DNA of 60,662 bases from an uncultured Clostridia bacterium (GTDB lineage Bacteria > Bacillota > Clostridia > Christensenellales > UBA1242): NCBI GenBank assembly GCA_944372435.1, contig CALVZD010000001.1, positions 1 to 60,662 of the forward strand, read 5' to 3'. The position numbers and the translations under genes are program-made. Shown here piece after piece: positions 8,308-17,114 of this stretch. Within the stretch, counting starts at the first letter, position 1, and the number at the start of each line of letters is the position of its first letter. The notes below the pieces were generated by a model. That model saw only the letters and a list, made by a program, of their open reading frames with translations. It was not told the DNA's origin and made no database searches.

Positions 8308-8778
8308 CTAAACTACCGGTATAACATCAATATTTTCAATTCCAAGCCCAAGATATGACTCAGAGATTTCAACGATCTGCGCATTTTGAGCATCAGTCAT
8401 GGTGGCAGAGTCGATGACGATTGTCACTTTTGATGGTGAAATTGCAATCACGCAGTCATTAAAGCCCAAGCCCTTAATCAGCCCTTCCACTTTGAGTTCG
8501 GTGTCCATTTGAGCGATGAGCGCTTCTCTTGCAGCATTGGCACTTGCTATTTCATCAGCGGTGGCAGTTTCGCTGCTTGCAAGCGCTTCATAATACAAAA
8601 GCATTTGGTCGCGCTGAGTTTCTCGATCCTGTCTGTATGCGGCAAAGTAGGATGTTGTCACTGTTGTACTGACTGGCGTTTCGTCCACAGAGTTGTTCAG
8701 TGCGATGTTGAGATATCCAGTCACACCAAGTAGCACAATCATAACTGCGACGATGATGATTTTTGTTCTCTTTTTCAT
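8308..8778 (-). CDS. spoIIIAH: stage III sporulation protein AH
   Basis: N-terminal TM segment plus a YscJ/FliF-like C-domain. Last gene of the spoIIIA operon. Confidence 0.85.
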   Translation of the reverse strand: MKKRTKIIIVAVMIVLLGVTGYLNIALNNSVDETPVSTTVTTSYFAAYRQDRETQRDQMLLYYEALASSETATADEIASANAAREALIAQMDTELKVEGLIKGLGFNDCVIAISPSKVTIVIDSATMTDAQNAQIVEISESYLGLGIENIDVIPVV

Positions 8779-8790
8779 ATTTCTCTCCTT

Positions 8791-9312
8791 TTAAGAACGC
8801 GCTAAAATTATTATGTTTTCACTTGAAACTTCGATGGCAGAGCCTATCGCGCTCATCAAACTCATCTTGACTGAGATGTCGTCAGCGCCTGAGGCCGTGA
8901 CCAGCACTCCTTTTATTGTTGGAAAGATCTCCTGCGTGAGCACTGGCTCGCCATTGACAAGCACGACGGAAGTGGTCGTTTGAGTGCCAGACGAAGTTTC
9001 TCTGACGCTTTCCTCGGTGGCGTAGACATACTCGAAGCCATTTTCGAGGGTTATGGCAACGCTCACCTCTCCTGCGCCTTTCACCGTTGAGAGCAGATCT
9101 TCAAGCTTGGCTTCAAGCGAAGCGGCATATTGCTCGGCAGAAGTGACCGCGGCAGGCTGCTGCTCGTCTGTCTCCTGCGGCGTGCGGAGAAAGGAAAAAT
9201 ACACAATAATCAAAACGAGCGCAAACAGGATGGCCAGTCCTATTTGAACTTTGCGATTTGACTTTAACAGAGAAACAAGTTTTTCAAACTTTTCTGAAAA
9301 CTTATCTTTCAA
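8791..9312 (-). CDS. spoIIIAG: stage III sporulation protein AG
   Basis: C-terminal IKGVLVTASGADDISVK is the SpoIIIAG ring motif. I prefer the TTG at 9312 (AAAGGAG SD 8 nt upstream) over the SD-less ATG at 9330. Confidence 0.8.
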   Translation of the reverse strand: MKDKFSEKFEKLVSLLKSNRKVQIGLAILFALVLIIVYFSFLRTPQETDEQQPAAVTSAEQYAASLEAKLEDLLSTVKGAGEVSVAITLENGFEYVYATEESVRETSSGTQTTTSVVLVNGEPVLTQEIFPTIKGVLVTASGADDISVKMSLMSAIGSAIEVSSENIIILARS

Positions 9313-9802
9313 AGTGCACGCTCCTTTCATCGACGTTGACGCGAGACTGAATCAGCTTCAAAATCTCCCCTTCGATGTCTATAATATTTGTATGTTCAGC
9401 CTTGTCCGTTATGACTAAATTTTCAAGTTCGACATAAATCGATTCAATCGAAAAACTTGTGGCATAATTGTCGCATGACACGCTGACTGAAACGTTTTCA
9501 TAGCCGGCATCCTGCACAGCGAGTGAGAGCTCCTCTTGCAGCGCTTCGGTTTTGTAGACATTCAGCTGAAAGAGATAATCTTCTTGCAGCGAGAACTCCT
9601 GCTCGGAGGTGATTTCGGAGAAGCTGAATTGTTTGCCCACAAGCGATGGAAGCGGCGCGATTATCACCAGCACGACAAAAAACGAAAAGATCGAGCGGAT
9701 ATATTTGTTCAGCGTTCCATCCGGCAAGATAAGCTCAACGATGACCGAGATTATCACGATGCCTGCGATTGAAAGAATCCATGACGAAACTGACGAAAAC
9801 AT
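9302..9802 (-). CDS. spoIIIAF: stage III sporulation protein AF
   Basis: Two N-terminal TM segments (ELILPDG..KYIRSIF). Operon position supports the call. Confidence 0.8.
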   Translation of the reverse strand: MFSSVSSWILSIAGIVIISVIVELILPDGTLNKYIRSIFSFFVVLVIIAPLPSLVGKQFSFSEITSEQEFSLQEDYLFQLNVYKTEALQEELSLAVQDAGYENVSVSVSCDNYATSFSIESIYVELENLVITDKAEHTNIIDIEGEILKLIQSRVNVDERSVHFER

Positions 9803-9811
9803 TTTGCCTCC

Positions 9812-11023
9812 TTAAAGTATATTTGCGCTGCACATCACAAGCCCAGTCAAAATCATATACATGAAAGACACTGCCACAAGCATTGAGATAAGAAGAGACA
9901 TATTTTTTGAAAGCGTGCTGACAAAGGACGCGATCTTTCCGTCGCCGAGCGGCTCGATAATCCCTGCCATAAGCTTTAATGCGAGCATAAAGATGACGAG
10001 CTCTAAGATTGGCGAGAGCAGTGTTCCTGCAAGCAGCAAAAGCCCAGCGGCGCCGATAGCGTTTTTGATGAGGCTGGAAGAAGCGAGCAGAATATAAAAG
10101 CCGTCAGAGATATATGAGCCGACGAGAGGGATATAGCTTTTTATGGCAAATTTTGCCGTCTTGATCGAAAGCCCGTCGATAGAGCCAGCCGTGATCCCCT
10201 GCACAGCGGCAAAGCCGATGAACACTGTGAAAACTATGCCCACGATCCACTTAAACAGAGAGCGCATAAAGCCGATCAGCTTGTCCAATTTTACATTGTT
10301 TGAAAGGTTTGAAACGAGTGCCAGCACGGTTGAAATCAAAAACAGAGGCAGCAAAATCATCGTGAAAATGTTTATCACAAAGCTGGAAAGAAGTGCCATC
10401 GCTGGCTGATAGACCGACACCGAAACATTGCCGCCAACAGCAGTCAGCATCGTGAGCAAAATTGGAAAGACGGCATCCATTTGAGATTTTATCGAAGTGA
10501 GTGTGTTTGAAGTGAGAGTGATCATTTGCATGACGATAGAAAATGTCAGAATAATCACCACACCATATGTGACAAAGTGAATGATGGAGCCGACTGACTT
10601 TTTGCCAAAGCTAGGCTTCAAATTTTGCATCATTCCACCAAGGATCGAAACCGCGATTATGGTTGCGATCACGGGTAGAAAAGTGAGCACTCCGTCAAAG
10701 ATGAGGTTTAAGATTGCCTCCCAAACCGAAGAGGAATCGCTAGCAAAATCGCCGTTTATGATCGAGACGAGTTTGTCAAAAAAACTCATTCCACCAAAAA
10801 GCTCGCTCCCACCCTCGGAGCCGTTCAATATATCTTCAAGCTCAGAAAAATCCAAATCTCCAAGCTGGTCATCTATCGCTTGGTCCAGCTCTTCTTCCAG
10901 CGACTCCTCTTCGCTTGACGCCGACAGCGCAAAGCTGGGAGTTTTGGATATGGCGGAGGTTAGCAAAATTGCAGGCAAAGCCAAAAGCGAAAGCATCAAA
11001 ACGGCAAGAGAAAACTTTTTCAT
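9812..11023 (-). CDS. spoIIIAE: stage III sporulation protein AE
   Basis: 403-aa polytopic membrane protein. Size and operon position match SpoIIIAE. Confidence 0.88.
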   Translation of the reverse strand: MKKFSLAVLMLSLLALPAILLTSAISKTPSFALSASSEEESLEEELDQAIDDQLGDLDFSELEDILNGSEGGSELFGGMSFFDKLVSIINGDFASDSSSVWEAILNLIFDGVLTFLPVIATIIAVSILGGMMQNLKPSFGKKSVGSIIHFVTYGVVIILTFSIVMQMITLTSNTLTSIKSQMDAVFPILLTMLTAVGGNVSVSVYQPAMALLSSFVINIFTMILLPLFLISTVLALVSNLSNNVKLDKLIGFMRSLFKWIVGIVFTVFIGFAAVQGITAGSIDGLSIKTAKFAIKSYIPLVGSYISDGFYILLASSSLIKNAIGAAGLLLLAGTLLSPILELVIFMLALKLMAGIIEPLGDGKIASFVSTLSKNMSLLISMLVAVSFMYMILTGLVMCSANIL

Positions 11024-11412
11024 GTCGGCAGCAGCTCCATAACAATGCCGACTATGCTTGTTATTATCGGAAGCGCCATAACGAGAATGACGATTTTTCC
11101 GCCAAGCAAAATTTTGTCGCCAAGCCCTCCGCTGCCTGCATCAGCACAAAGGCTTGCTGAAAATTCGACGAGGTAGCCGACTCCGATGATTTTGAACACG
11201 AGTGACAAAAGCTGACTGTTGACTCCGGTGCGATTTGCAATCGAGCTGATGAGCGAGATCGCACTTGTCAGCGACGACAAGATCATAACGAGAATGATGA
11301 GACCGCCCACAATCGAAACGAGCATGGCAAAATCTGCCCGCACCGGCTTTAAAATCAGCACGGCGATGCAGGTTACCAGCCCTATCCCGATGATCTTGAA
11401 AATGAGTTCCAC
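11020..11412 (-). CDS. spoIIIAD: stage III sporulation protein AD
   Basis: 130-aa membrane protein. GTG start with a GAGG SD. Confidence 0.85.
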   Translation of the reverse strand: MELIFKIIGIGLVTCIAVLILKPVRADFAMLVSIVGGLIILVMILSSLTSAISLISSIANRTGVNSQLLSLVFKIIGVGYLVEFSASLCADAGSGGLGDKILLGGKIVILVMALPIITSIVGIVMELLPT

Positions 11413-11426
11413 TTTTGCCTCGCTTT

Positions 11427-11624
11427 TTATCCAAAATCGAACATCGTTTTTATCGTTCCAAACAGGTCGCCGATGAGTGACAGCACCATGACAAGCACTA
11501 TGACAAGTCCAGCAAGCGTTGCGAGCGTGCCGATCTCCTCTTTGCCTGTCTGCTTTAAAATTTGTGCGACGACCGCTGTCAAAATGCCAATCGCGGCGAT
11601 CTTGAAAATGATTTCAACTCCCAT
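11427..11624 (-). CDS. spoIIIAC: stage III sporulation protein AC
   Basis: 65 aa with two TM segments. GGAGG SD. Confidence 0.85.
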   Translation of the reverse strand: MGVEIIFKIAAIGILTAVVAQILKQTGKEEIGTLATLAGLVIVLVMVLSLIGDLFGTIKTMFDFG

Positions 11625-11634
11625 GCCCAGCCTC

Positions 11635-12129
11635 CTAAAGCATTATGACCAGCAAAAACAGCCCTGCAACTACCCCAAGCTTTACGCAAAGCGAGCCATA
11701 TTTTTTGTTTTCAGATGCGCATTTGTTTAAGCTGTCATCAAAACGTTTGGAAAAGTTTGCGATCTCCTTACTTTGGCCGAGCACGTCGCTTCTGCCCAAA
11801 GAGCGAAAGAACAAAAAGACGGTCTCCTTTTCCTCGGGCTTTAAAAATTGGATGTTTTTGAAAAGTTCGCTCTGGCTGAGTTCGGCGCTTCCGCCCAAAT
11901 ATGCCAAAAAGTTTTTGTCAAGCCCAAACAGATTTTTCTTGTTCTTTTCATCCATATCCTCGATGAGCTTTTTCAGCCGCTCGCGCGAGAAATTTATTTC
12001 AACATCAAGCTTTTGCGCAAACATAATGAGCGCGGAGTAAAAGTTTTCTCGACGCTTGTATTTGAGCGACATAAAAAACCCAACCGCTACACAAAAAACG
12101 AACAAAACCGCCATGATGATCCACTTCAT
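11635..12129 (-). CDS. spoIIIAB: stage III sporulation protein AB
   Basis: 164 aa, GspF-like. AGGAGG SD. Confidence 0.85.
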   Translation of the reverse strand: MKWIIMAVLFVFCVAVGFFMSLKYKRRENFYSALIMFAQKLDVEINFSRERLKKLIEDMDEKNKKNLFGLDKNFLAYLGGSAELSQSELFKNIQFLKPEEKETVFLFFRSLGRSDVLGQSKEIANFSKRFDDSLNKCASENKKYGSLCVKLGVVAGLFLLVIML

Positions 12130-12145
12130 ATCAACCTCCTAAAAT

Positions 12146-13048
12146 TCACCAGCGCAGCAAGCGCGAAAAATTTTCGTCGAAAATTCCCTCAATCGTGCCA
12201 GGCCCATCACGCATTGAAAGCAGCACAAACCTTTTGAAAATTTTCTCTTCTAAAATCTCTCTGAACGCAAGCTTTTTTGAAAAGGCCTCGATTGAGTCGG
12301 AATGCGCGGAAGCTATGATATTCACCCCAGAATTTGAGGCATATTTGACGGCTTCCATATCCTCCCACTCGCCGAGTTCGTCTGTGACAATAACGTTTGG
12401 CGCAAGCGATCTTATGCCGTTTTCAAAGCCGATTTTTTTGCTTGAAAAGCTGATGACATCCGAAAACACACCAAGCCCTCGCCCTATGTTCAGCTCGCCC
12501 CTTTCGTCCAATACAAGGATGTTGTAAGCAAGATTGCGCTCGGAAAGCTGCCAAACAAAATCACGCAAAAAAGTTGTTTTGCCGGCGCCTGGCGGCGAAA
12601 TGACGAGGGTGTTTAAAATTCCGCTGTCTTTAACTATCGAAGAGAACGCTTTGAGCGAGCAATTTCGGATTTCGTGAGGGATGCGGATGTTGACAGAGGA
12701 AAACGCCGTCATGGTTTTCAGCACGCCGTTTTCTTCGACTACATTTCCTGCAAGGCCTATCCTCACGCCCTCGCTTGTCACGATGTAGCCTTTTTTTATC
12801 TGCTCGTTGACCGAATAGATCGAGCACTCACTCGCGCGAAAAACTATCTCTTCGATCATAGATTTGGTGGCATAGATCGCCCTGCTTGCCTCTTTGCAAG
12901 GCCCAGAATCGCCGAGAAAAATCTTTTGCCCGAGGCAGGATAAAAGTACAGGCTTGTCCGCCCTTAATCTGATTTCATTTAAACGCGAAAAACCCACTTT
13001 GTTTAAAAGCGGTCTGAAAATCTGATCTGGCAAAATCCCTTCCAGCAT
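12146..13048 (-). CDS. spoIIIAA: stage III sporulation protein AA (secretion-type ATPase)
   Basis: Trimmed to MLEGILPDQIF with an AGGAGG SD. Walker A is SPPGAGKTT. Confidence 0.88.
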   Translation of the reverse strand: MLEGILPDQIFRPLLNKVGFSRLNEIRLRADKPVLLSCLGQKIFLGDSGPCKEASRAIYATKSMIEEIVFRASECSIYSVNEQIKKGYIVTSEGVRIGLAGNVVEENGVLKTMTAFSSVNIRIPHEIRNCSLKAFSSIVKDSGILNTLVISPPGAGKTTFLRDFVWQLSERNLAYNILVLDERGELNIGRGLGVFSDVISFSSKKIGFENGIRSLAPNVIVTDELGEWEDMEAVKYASNSGVNIIASAHSDSIEAFSKKLAFREILEEKIFKRFVLLSMRDGPGTIEGIFDENFSRLLRW

Positions 13049-13066
13049 ATCACGCCTCCTGAAAAG

Positions 13067-13097
13067 AGTATATGAGCTGGTGGCTTTGGCGTATGAA
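13067..13097 (-). promoter_or_regulatory. candidate mother-cell (sigma-E-like) promoter of spoIIIA
   Basis: Reverse strand: TTCATA, 17 nt, CATATACT, about 15 nt before the SD. It only loosely matches the ATA ... CATACA-T consensus. Confidence 0.3.
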
Positions 13098-13383
13098 AAA
13101 CAAAAATGCAAATTTTGTCAAAAAAAATTAAAAAAATTTCAATTTAAAACAAATAGTCAAACGTTTCGATTTGCAAGATGAAAAAACTCAAATTTTTTTG
13201 AAGCATTAAGGGTTTTAACGCAAAAATAAACATGACGGCGTTTTCTCCATGCACCCCACAAAACACAAAATTGCTCTCACAAAGTTTTTTCTTTAATCAT
13301 CAAAGCAATGCGATCTTTACAAAAGTCAAGAATATAAAAAGCATGGCGATCTCTGCAATCACAAGCCTTGTGTCGTTAGATAT

Positions 13384-13422
13384 AAAAAAAGCTATTATGT
13401 TATGTTTTGATAACATAATAGC
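13384..13422 (-). terminator. terminator of efp; intact copy of the 32-nt AT-rich hairpin repeat
   Basis: Reverse strand: GCTATTATGTTAT-caaaac-ATAACATAATAGC (13-bp stem) followed by TTTTTTTATATC. Confidence 0.75.
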
Positions 13423-13431
13423 TTGAAAACC

Positions 13432-13995
13432 TTAGTTTTTGCAACGCTCGAGATATGAACCGTCGCGAGTGTCGATGCGAACGCGATCGCCTTGATTGAC
13501 AAAAAGAGGAACGCTGATCACAAAACCTGTTTCAAGTTTTGCAGGTTTTGAGGCTGACTTTGAGGTGTCGCCCTGCACTGCTGGTTCACAATCAACAATT
13601 TGAAGTTCAACAAAGGTTGGAGGATAAACAGCAAACGGAGTGCCCTTGTAGAAATACATCGTTGCGTTCATATTTTCCACCATAAAGTTGAGCGCGTCTT
13701 CAACGGCATCCTTGTTAAGTGGGATTTGGTCGAAAGTTTCGGTATCCATAAAGTAGAAAAGCTCGCCGTCGCTATAGAGATAGGTCATCTCCTTTTTTTC
13801 AATGACTGCTGATTGAAATTTGTCTGACGGGTTGAAAGTGGTCTCTTTGACTTGACCTGTCATAACGTTTTTGATTTTTGCTCTTACAAATGGCGAACCT
13901 TTGCCTGGCTTAACGTGCAAAAAGTCGATAACGGTGTAAACCGCGCCATCCATTTCAAAAGTTGTTCCTTTTCTAAATTCACCTGCTGTGATCAT
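13432..13995 (-). CDS. efp: elongation factor P
   Basis: [33 protein letters not shown]; 187 aa. Confidence 0.96.
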   Translation of the reverse strand: MITAGEFRKGTTFEMDGAVYTVIDFLHVKPGKGSPFVRAKIKNVMTGQVKETTFNPSDKFQSAVIEKKEMTYLYSDGELFYFMDTETFDQIPLNKDAVEDALNFMVENMNATMYFYKGTPFAVYPPTFVELQIVDCEPAVQGDTSKSASKPAKLETGFVISVPLFVNQGDRVRIDTRDGSYLERCKN

Positions 13996-14055
13996 AAAGT
14001 TTTCTCCTTTTTTTGTGACTTTGTTAAAACAATTTAATTTTACCTTATTATTCTA

Positions 14056-14928
14056 TCATAACTTGCTTTTCTTGCCAAGTGTTTTTTGATAAATTTCTTT
14101 CATTTCTAGTGCATCTTCTGCCATTTTGCCGGAGGATTCGCAAATTATGTGTGGCGAAAGGCCCAAAGATATCAATGCGTCGCAGAGCGGTTGAAAATCT
14201 GGACCATAAAGTTCGTCTTCGAAAGTCAGGTGCCTGATCTCGCCTTTGCTGCCATACTCGATTTTTGAGAAGTGAATGTGGCATTTTTCAGTTCGCTCTC
14301 TGCCGATGAGTTCGATTGAGCGAGCAAAGATTTTGACAAAGTCGTCTTTTGTTTTAAGCGAGCCCTGAGTTAAAGCGTTTATGTGCCCAAAATCGAAGGT
14401 CGGCAAAAGGTGGCTGTTTTGCGCGCAGATTTGCAAGATTTCTTCATATGTTCCGATCTGTTTGGTCTTTCCCATAGTTTCAGGACAAAGATATACCCCC
14501 TCCAAAAGCCCCTGTTTTTCAAGATTGTCCGCAAGCTCTCCGATTCTGCTTTTTGTAAGCAAAAACGCCTGCTCTCTGCTGAGATTGCCCTCAGAACCCG
14601 GATGGAAAACCAAACGCGAACCTTTGAACTCTTTCAAAAATTTGAGACCTGTTGTTATGTAGCCATATGTTTTTGCAAGAAGTTCGCTGTCTTGCGAAGC
14701 GAAGTTGATAAAGTAAGGCGCATGGATTGAAAGCTCAATGCCCTGCCTTTCAAACTCCTGGCCAATCTGTCTTGCTGTTTCAAAACTCATGCGATAGCCT
14801 CTGCCAAACGAGTATTCATATATATCGAGCCCCTTTTCCTTAACCCATTTTGCAGCTGCAAGTGTTCCGTCGTTGCCCTCTGCATAAAATGAATCGCTGT
14901 TTCCAGCAGGTCCAAACAAAGCTTTCAT
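14056..14928 (-). CDS. endonuclease IV-like TIM-barrel protein (AP endonuclease family 2)
   Basis: Metal-ligand pattern IHAPYFINF, VFHPGS, LCPETMGK, FDFGHINA, HIHFS, ICES. Confidence 0.6.
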   Translation of the reverse strand: MKALFGPAGNSDSFYAEGNDGTLAAAKWVKEKGLDIYEYSFGRGYRMSFETARQIGQEFERQGIELSIHAPYFINFASQDSELLAKTYGYITTGLKFLKEFKGSRLVFHPGSEGNLSREQAFLLTKSRIGELADNLEKQGLLEGVYLCPETMGKTKQIGTYEEILQICAQNSHLLPTFDFGHINALTQGSLKTKDDFVKIFARSIELIGRERTEKCHIHFSKIEYGSKGEIRHLTFEDELYGPDFQPLCDALISLGLSPHIICESSGKMAEDALEMKEIYQKTLGKKSKL

Positions 14929-14937
14929 GTTTTCTCC

Positions 14938-15798
14938 TTAAAATAATCTTGTTTCAAGTTTTAAAAAGTTTTTTTCAATTTTTCCTATGCCTAAAAACAC
15001 ATTTGAATAGATTTTGTAGTTTCCATCAGGTTTTTCGACAAAAATTTTAGCACCGTTGAGCAGCTTTTGAGAACTTTCTTTTTCGACCAAAATTTTTGGA
15101 TAGTCAAACAAGGTCTCTGGTGCGATCAAATGAAATTTGCCTGCTTTTAAATCATCCAAAGTGAAAGCGTCTTTGAGTTGAAAATCTCCACATTTTGTGC
15201 GTATTATGTCATAACACACACCACACGTTGAAAATTCTGTGGCAAGATCGCGAGCGAGCGCTCGGATATATGTGCCAGCAGAGCAGCTGACTTCCAGCTC
15301 AAAAAAGTTTTCAGAAAGCTCTCGCAATACCTTTATAGAATAGATAGTCACTTTTTTAGGCTGCAAAACAACATCTTCGCCTTTGAGTGCAAGCTGATAT
15401 GCCCTTTTTCCGTTCACTTTTTTTGCTGAATAACTTGGCGGAAGCTGATTTTGCTCTCCTGTGAATTTTGAAAGCACCTCTTCCAGCATTTTTTTGGTTA
15501 TTTTTTTGCATTCGACCTTTTCGATTTCTCCTTCAAGGTCAAAGGTGACGCTTTTTTCACCAAATTTTATTTTTGTTGTGTAGGTTTTATCCTTTTTGAG
15601 AAAATGGTCGAAAAGTTTGACTGCCGAATTGATTGCCACCGGCAAGAGCCCCTCAGCTTCGACATCCAAAGTCCCCAAGTGCCCCGCTTTTTTTGCGCCG
15701 AGAGTTTTTTTGACAAGGTTCACCACCGAAAAAGAGGACATCTTTCGAGGCTTGTTTATCAAGATTATTCCGCTTGCATCAAAATTTTGTGCGTTCAT
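14938..15798 (-). CDS. truB: tRNA pseudouridine(55) synthase
   Basis: GIILINKPRKMSSFSVV..GHLGTLDVEAEGLLPV is the TruB catalytic Asp motif. Confidence 0.93.
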   Translation of the reverse strand: MNAQNFDASGIILINKPRKMSSFSVVNLVKKTLGAKKAGHLGTLDVEAEGLLPVAINSAVKLFDHFLKKDKTYTTKIKFGEKSVTFDLEGEIEKVECKKITKKMLEEVLSKFTGEQNQLPPSYSAKKVNGKRAYQLALKGEDVVLQPKKVTIYSIKVLRELSENFFELEVSCSAGTYIRALARDLATEFSTCGVCYDIIRTKCGDFQLKDAFTLDDLKAGKFHLIAPETLFDYPKILVEKESSQKLLNGAKIFVEKPDGNYKIYSNVFLGIGKIEKNFLKLETRLF

Positions 15799-15808
15799 AT
15801 GCTGCTCC

Positions 15809-16750
15809 TTAGCGGTTTTCGCGTATTGCTTTCAAAATCGCTTCACGCACTTGTTTTAAATTGCCTTTCAATATGCATCCAGCGGCTTGAGCATGCCCTC
15901 CACCGCCGAGTTTTTGCGCTATCTTTGCAACATCCACGCTTGGCATCGATCTGAAGCTGCACCTAAAAAAGTGGCGACCGGTTTGTTTGATGAGACAAGC
16001 AATGTTTATGCCGTCGAGATAAATTAGGTCGTTTGTGAACTTTACTTCGCTTTCCTTCAAGCCAAAAGTTTTAAAATCTTTTTGTGTGATTTGAGTGATC
16101 GCGATGTCGTTGTCATAGATTTTTATTTGCTCAAACGCCTTCGACCTAAGCTTTTCTGCGGCGAGCGATTTGGTTTTGAATATGATTTGATTGACCTTTT
16201 GTGTGTCTGCCCCAAAACTTGCAAGTTTGAAGGCATTTTGATAGGTGTCTTTTGTGACATTTGTTGTCAAAAAGCTTGCCGAATCGCTTGCAAGGCCTGC
16301 AAAGAGATAGGTTGCAGCTTTTTTGTTTGGTTTTTTGCCAATTTTTTCGATGAGGTTTAATATAACCTCGGCGGCAGAGGATGCGTTTTGCACAATTTCA
16401 ACTGAGGCGGATTTAAAAATCCCCTTGTGGTGATCGAGACGCAGCGTGTTTTTTTGTGAGGCAAAAAAGTCTGCGTGTTTGCCAATCAAATTTAAAGATG
16501 CTGTGTCGACGAGGATGCAAAGGTCGCAGGGTTTTGGCTGAGCGGAGAGCAAATTTGGATCGAAGAGCTTTGCGTCGTTTGGTGAGATTTCATCGTCAAG
16601 AAAGAGCTGCACCTTTTTTCCCTGCGATTTTAAAAACTCACCTAACCCAAACATCGATCCGAGTGCGTCGCAGTCATATGAGGTATGTGAAAACACGGCA
16701 ACAGTTTTTGCCGCGTTTATCATAGAAGTTGCTTTTTCAAATTTGTTCAT
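15809..16750 (-). CDS. nrnA: DHH-family phosphoesterase (NrnA-like oligoribonuclease / pAp phosphatase)
   Basis: Motifs HTSYDCDALGS, LRLDHHKG and GGGGHAQAAG. Confidence 0.8.
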   Translation of the reverse strand: MNKFEKATSMINAAKTVAVFSHTSYDCDALGSMFGLGEFLKSQGKKVQLFLDDEISPNDAKLFDPNLLSAQPKPCDLCILVDTASLNLIGKHADFFASQKNTLRLDHHKGIFKSASVEIVQNASSAAEVILNLIEKIGKKPNKKAATYLFAGLASDSASFLTTNVTKDTYQNAFKLASFGADTQKVNQIIFKTKSLAAEKLRSKAFEQIKIYDNDIAITQITQKDFKTFGLKESEVKFTNDLIYLDGINIACLIKQTGRHFFRCSFRSMPSVDVAKIAQKLGGGGHAQAAGCILKGNLKQVREAILKAIRENR

Positions 16751-17111
16751 CTTCTTCCTCTTTTGGTGGAATGTTCAGCCCTTTCAAAAGCTCGTCAACA
16801 CGCATTGCGTTTTGCAGATTTTTGTCGAAAACAAATTCGAGTTTTGGCAGATATGGCATATCGAGCATCTGAGAGAGTTTGTGTTTGATAAAACCCTCAG
16901 AGTTTTTGAGAGCTGCGATGACAGAATCAGCGCGCTTGTAATCGCCGTTTGTTATTGCTATTTTGACTTTGCAATGGCGAAAATCCTGCGAGAGCTTCAC
17001 TTCGCTCACTCCAACAAAATCATCGATCCTCGGATCGTTCATTTGAAGATGCAGAATGTTTTGAAGAGCCTTTTGCAGTTGCGAGTTTGCCCTTTCAATC
17101 CTCATTGACAT
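16737..17111 (-). CDS. rbfA: ribosome-binding factor A
   Basis: 124 aa; RIERANSQLQKALQNIL..DPRI. Confidence 0.9.
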   Translation of the reverse strand: MSMRIERANSQLQKALQNILHLQMNDPRIDDFVGVSEVKLSQDFRHCKVKIAITNGDYKRADSVIAALKNSEGFIKHKLSQMLDMPYLPKLEFVFDKNLQNAMRVDELLKGLNIPPKEEEDEQI

Positions 17112-17114
17112 ATC

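Noticed and set aside
13144-13233. 29-codon ORF (MFIFALKPLMLQKNLSFFILQIETFDYLF) upstream of spoIIIAA, and the plus-strand ORF 13232..13426
   Set aside because: The GGAG is 11 nt from the ATG and the sequence is AT-rich promoter-like DNA. There is no terminator or conservation evidence. The plus-strand ORF runs through the efp terminator.
13391-13422. dif / Xer recombination site, because TTATGTTA matches the XerD-arm core
   Set aside because: The half-sites face outward (TTATGTTAT-N6-ATAACATAA) rather than the CATAA-N6-TTATG arrangement of dif. The element occurs at least twice and behaves as a terminator hairpin.
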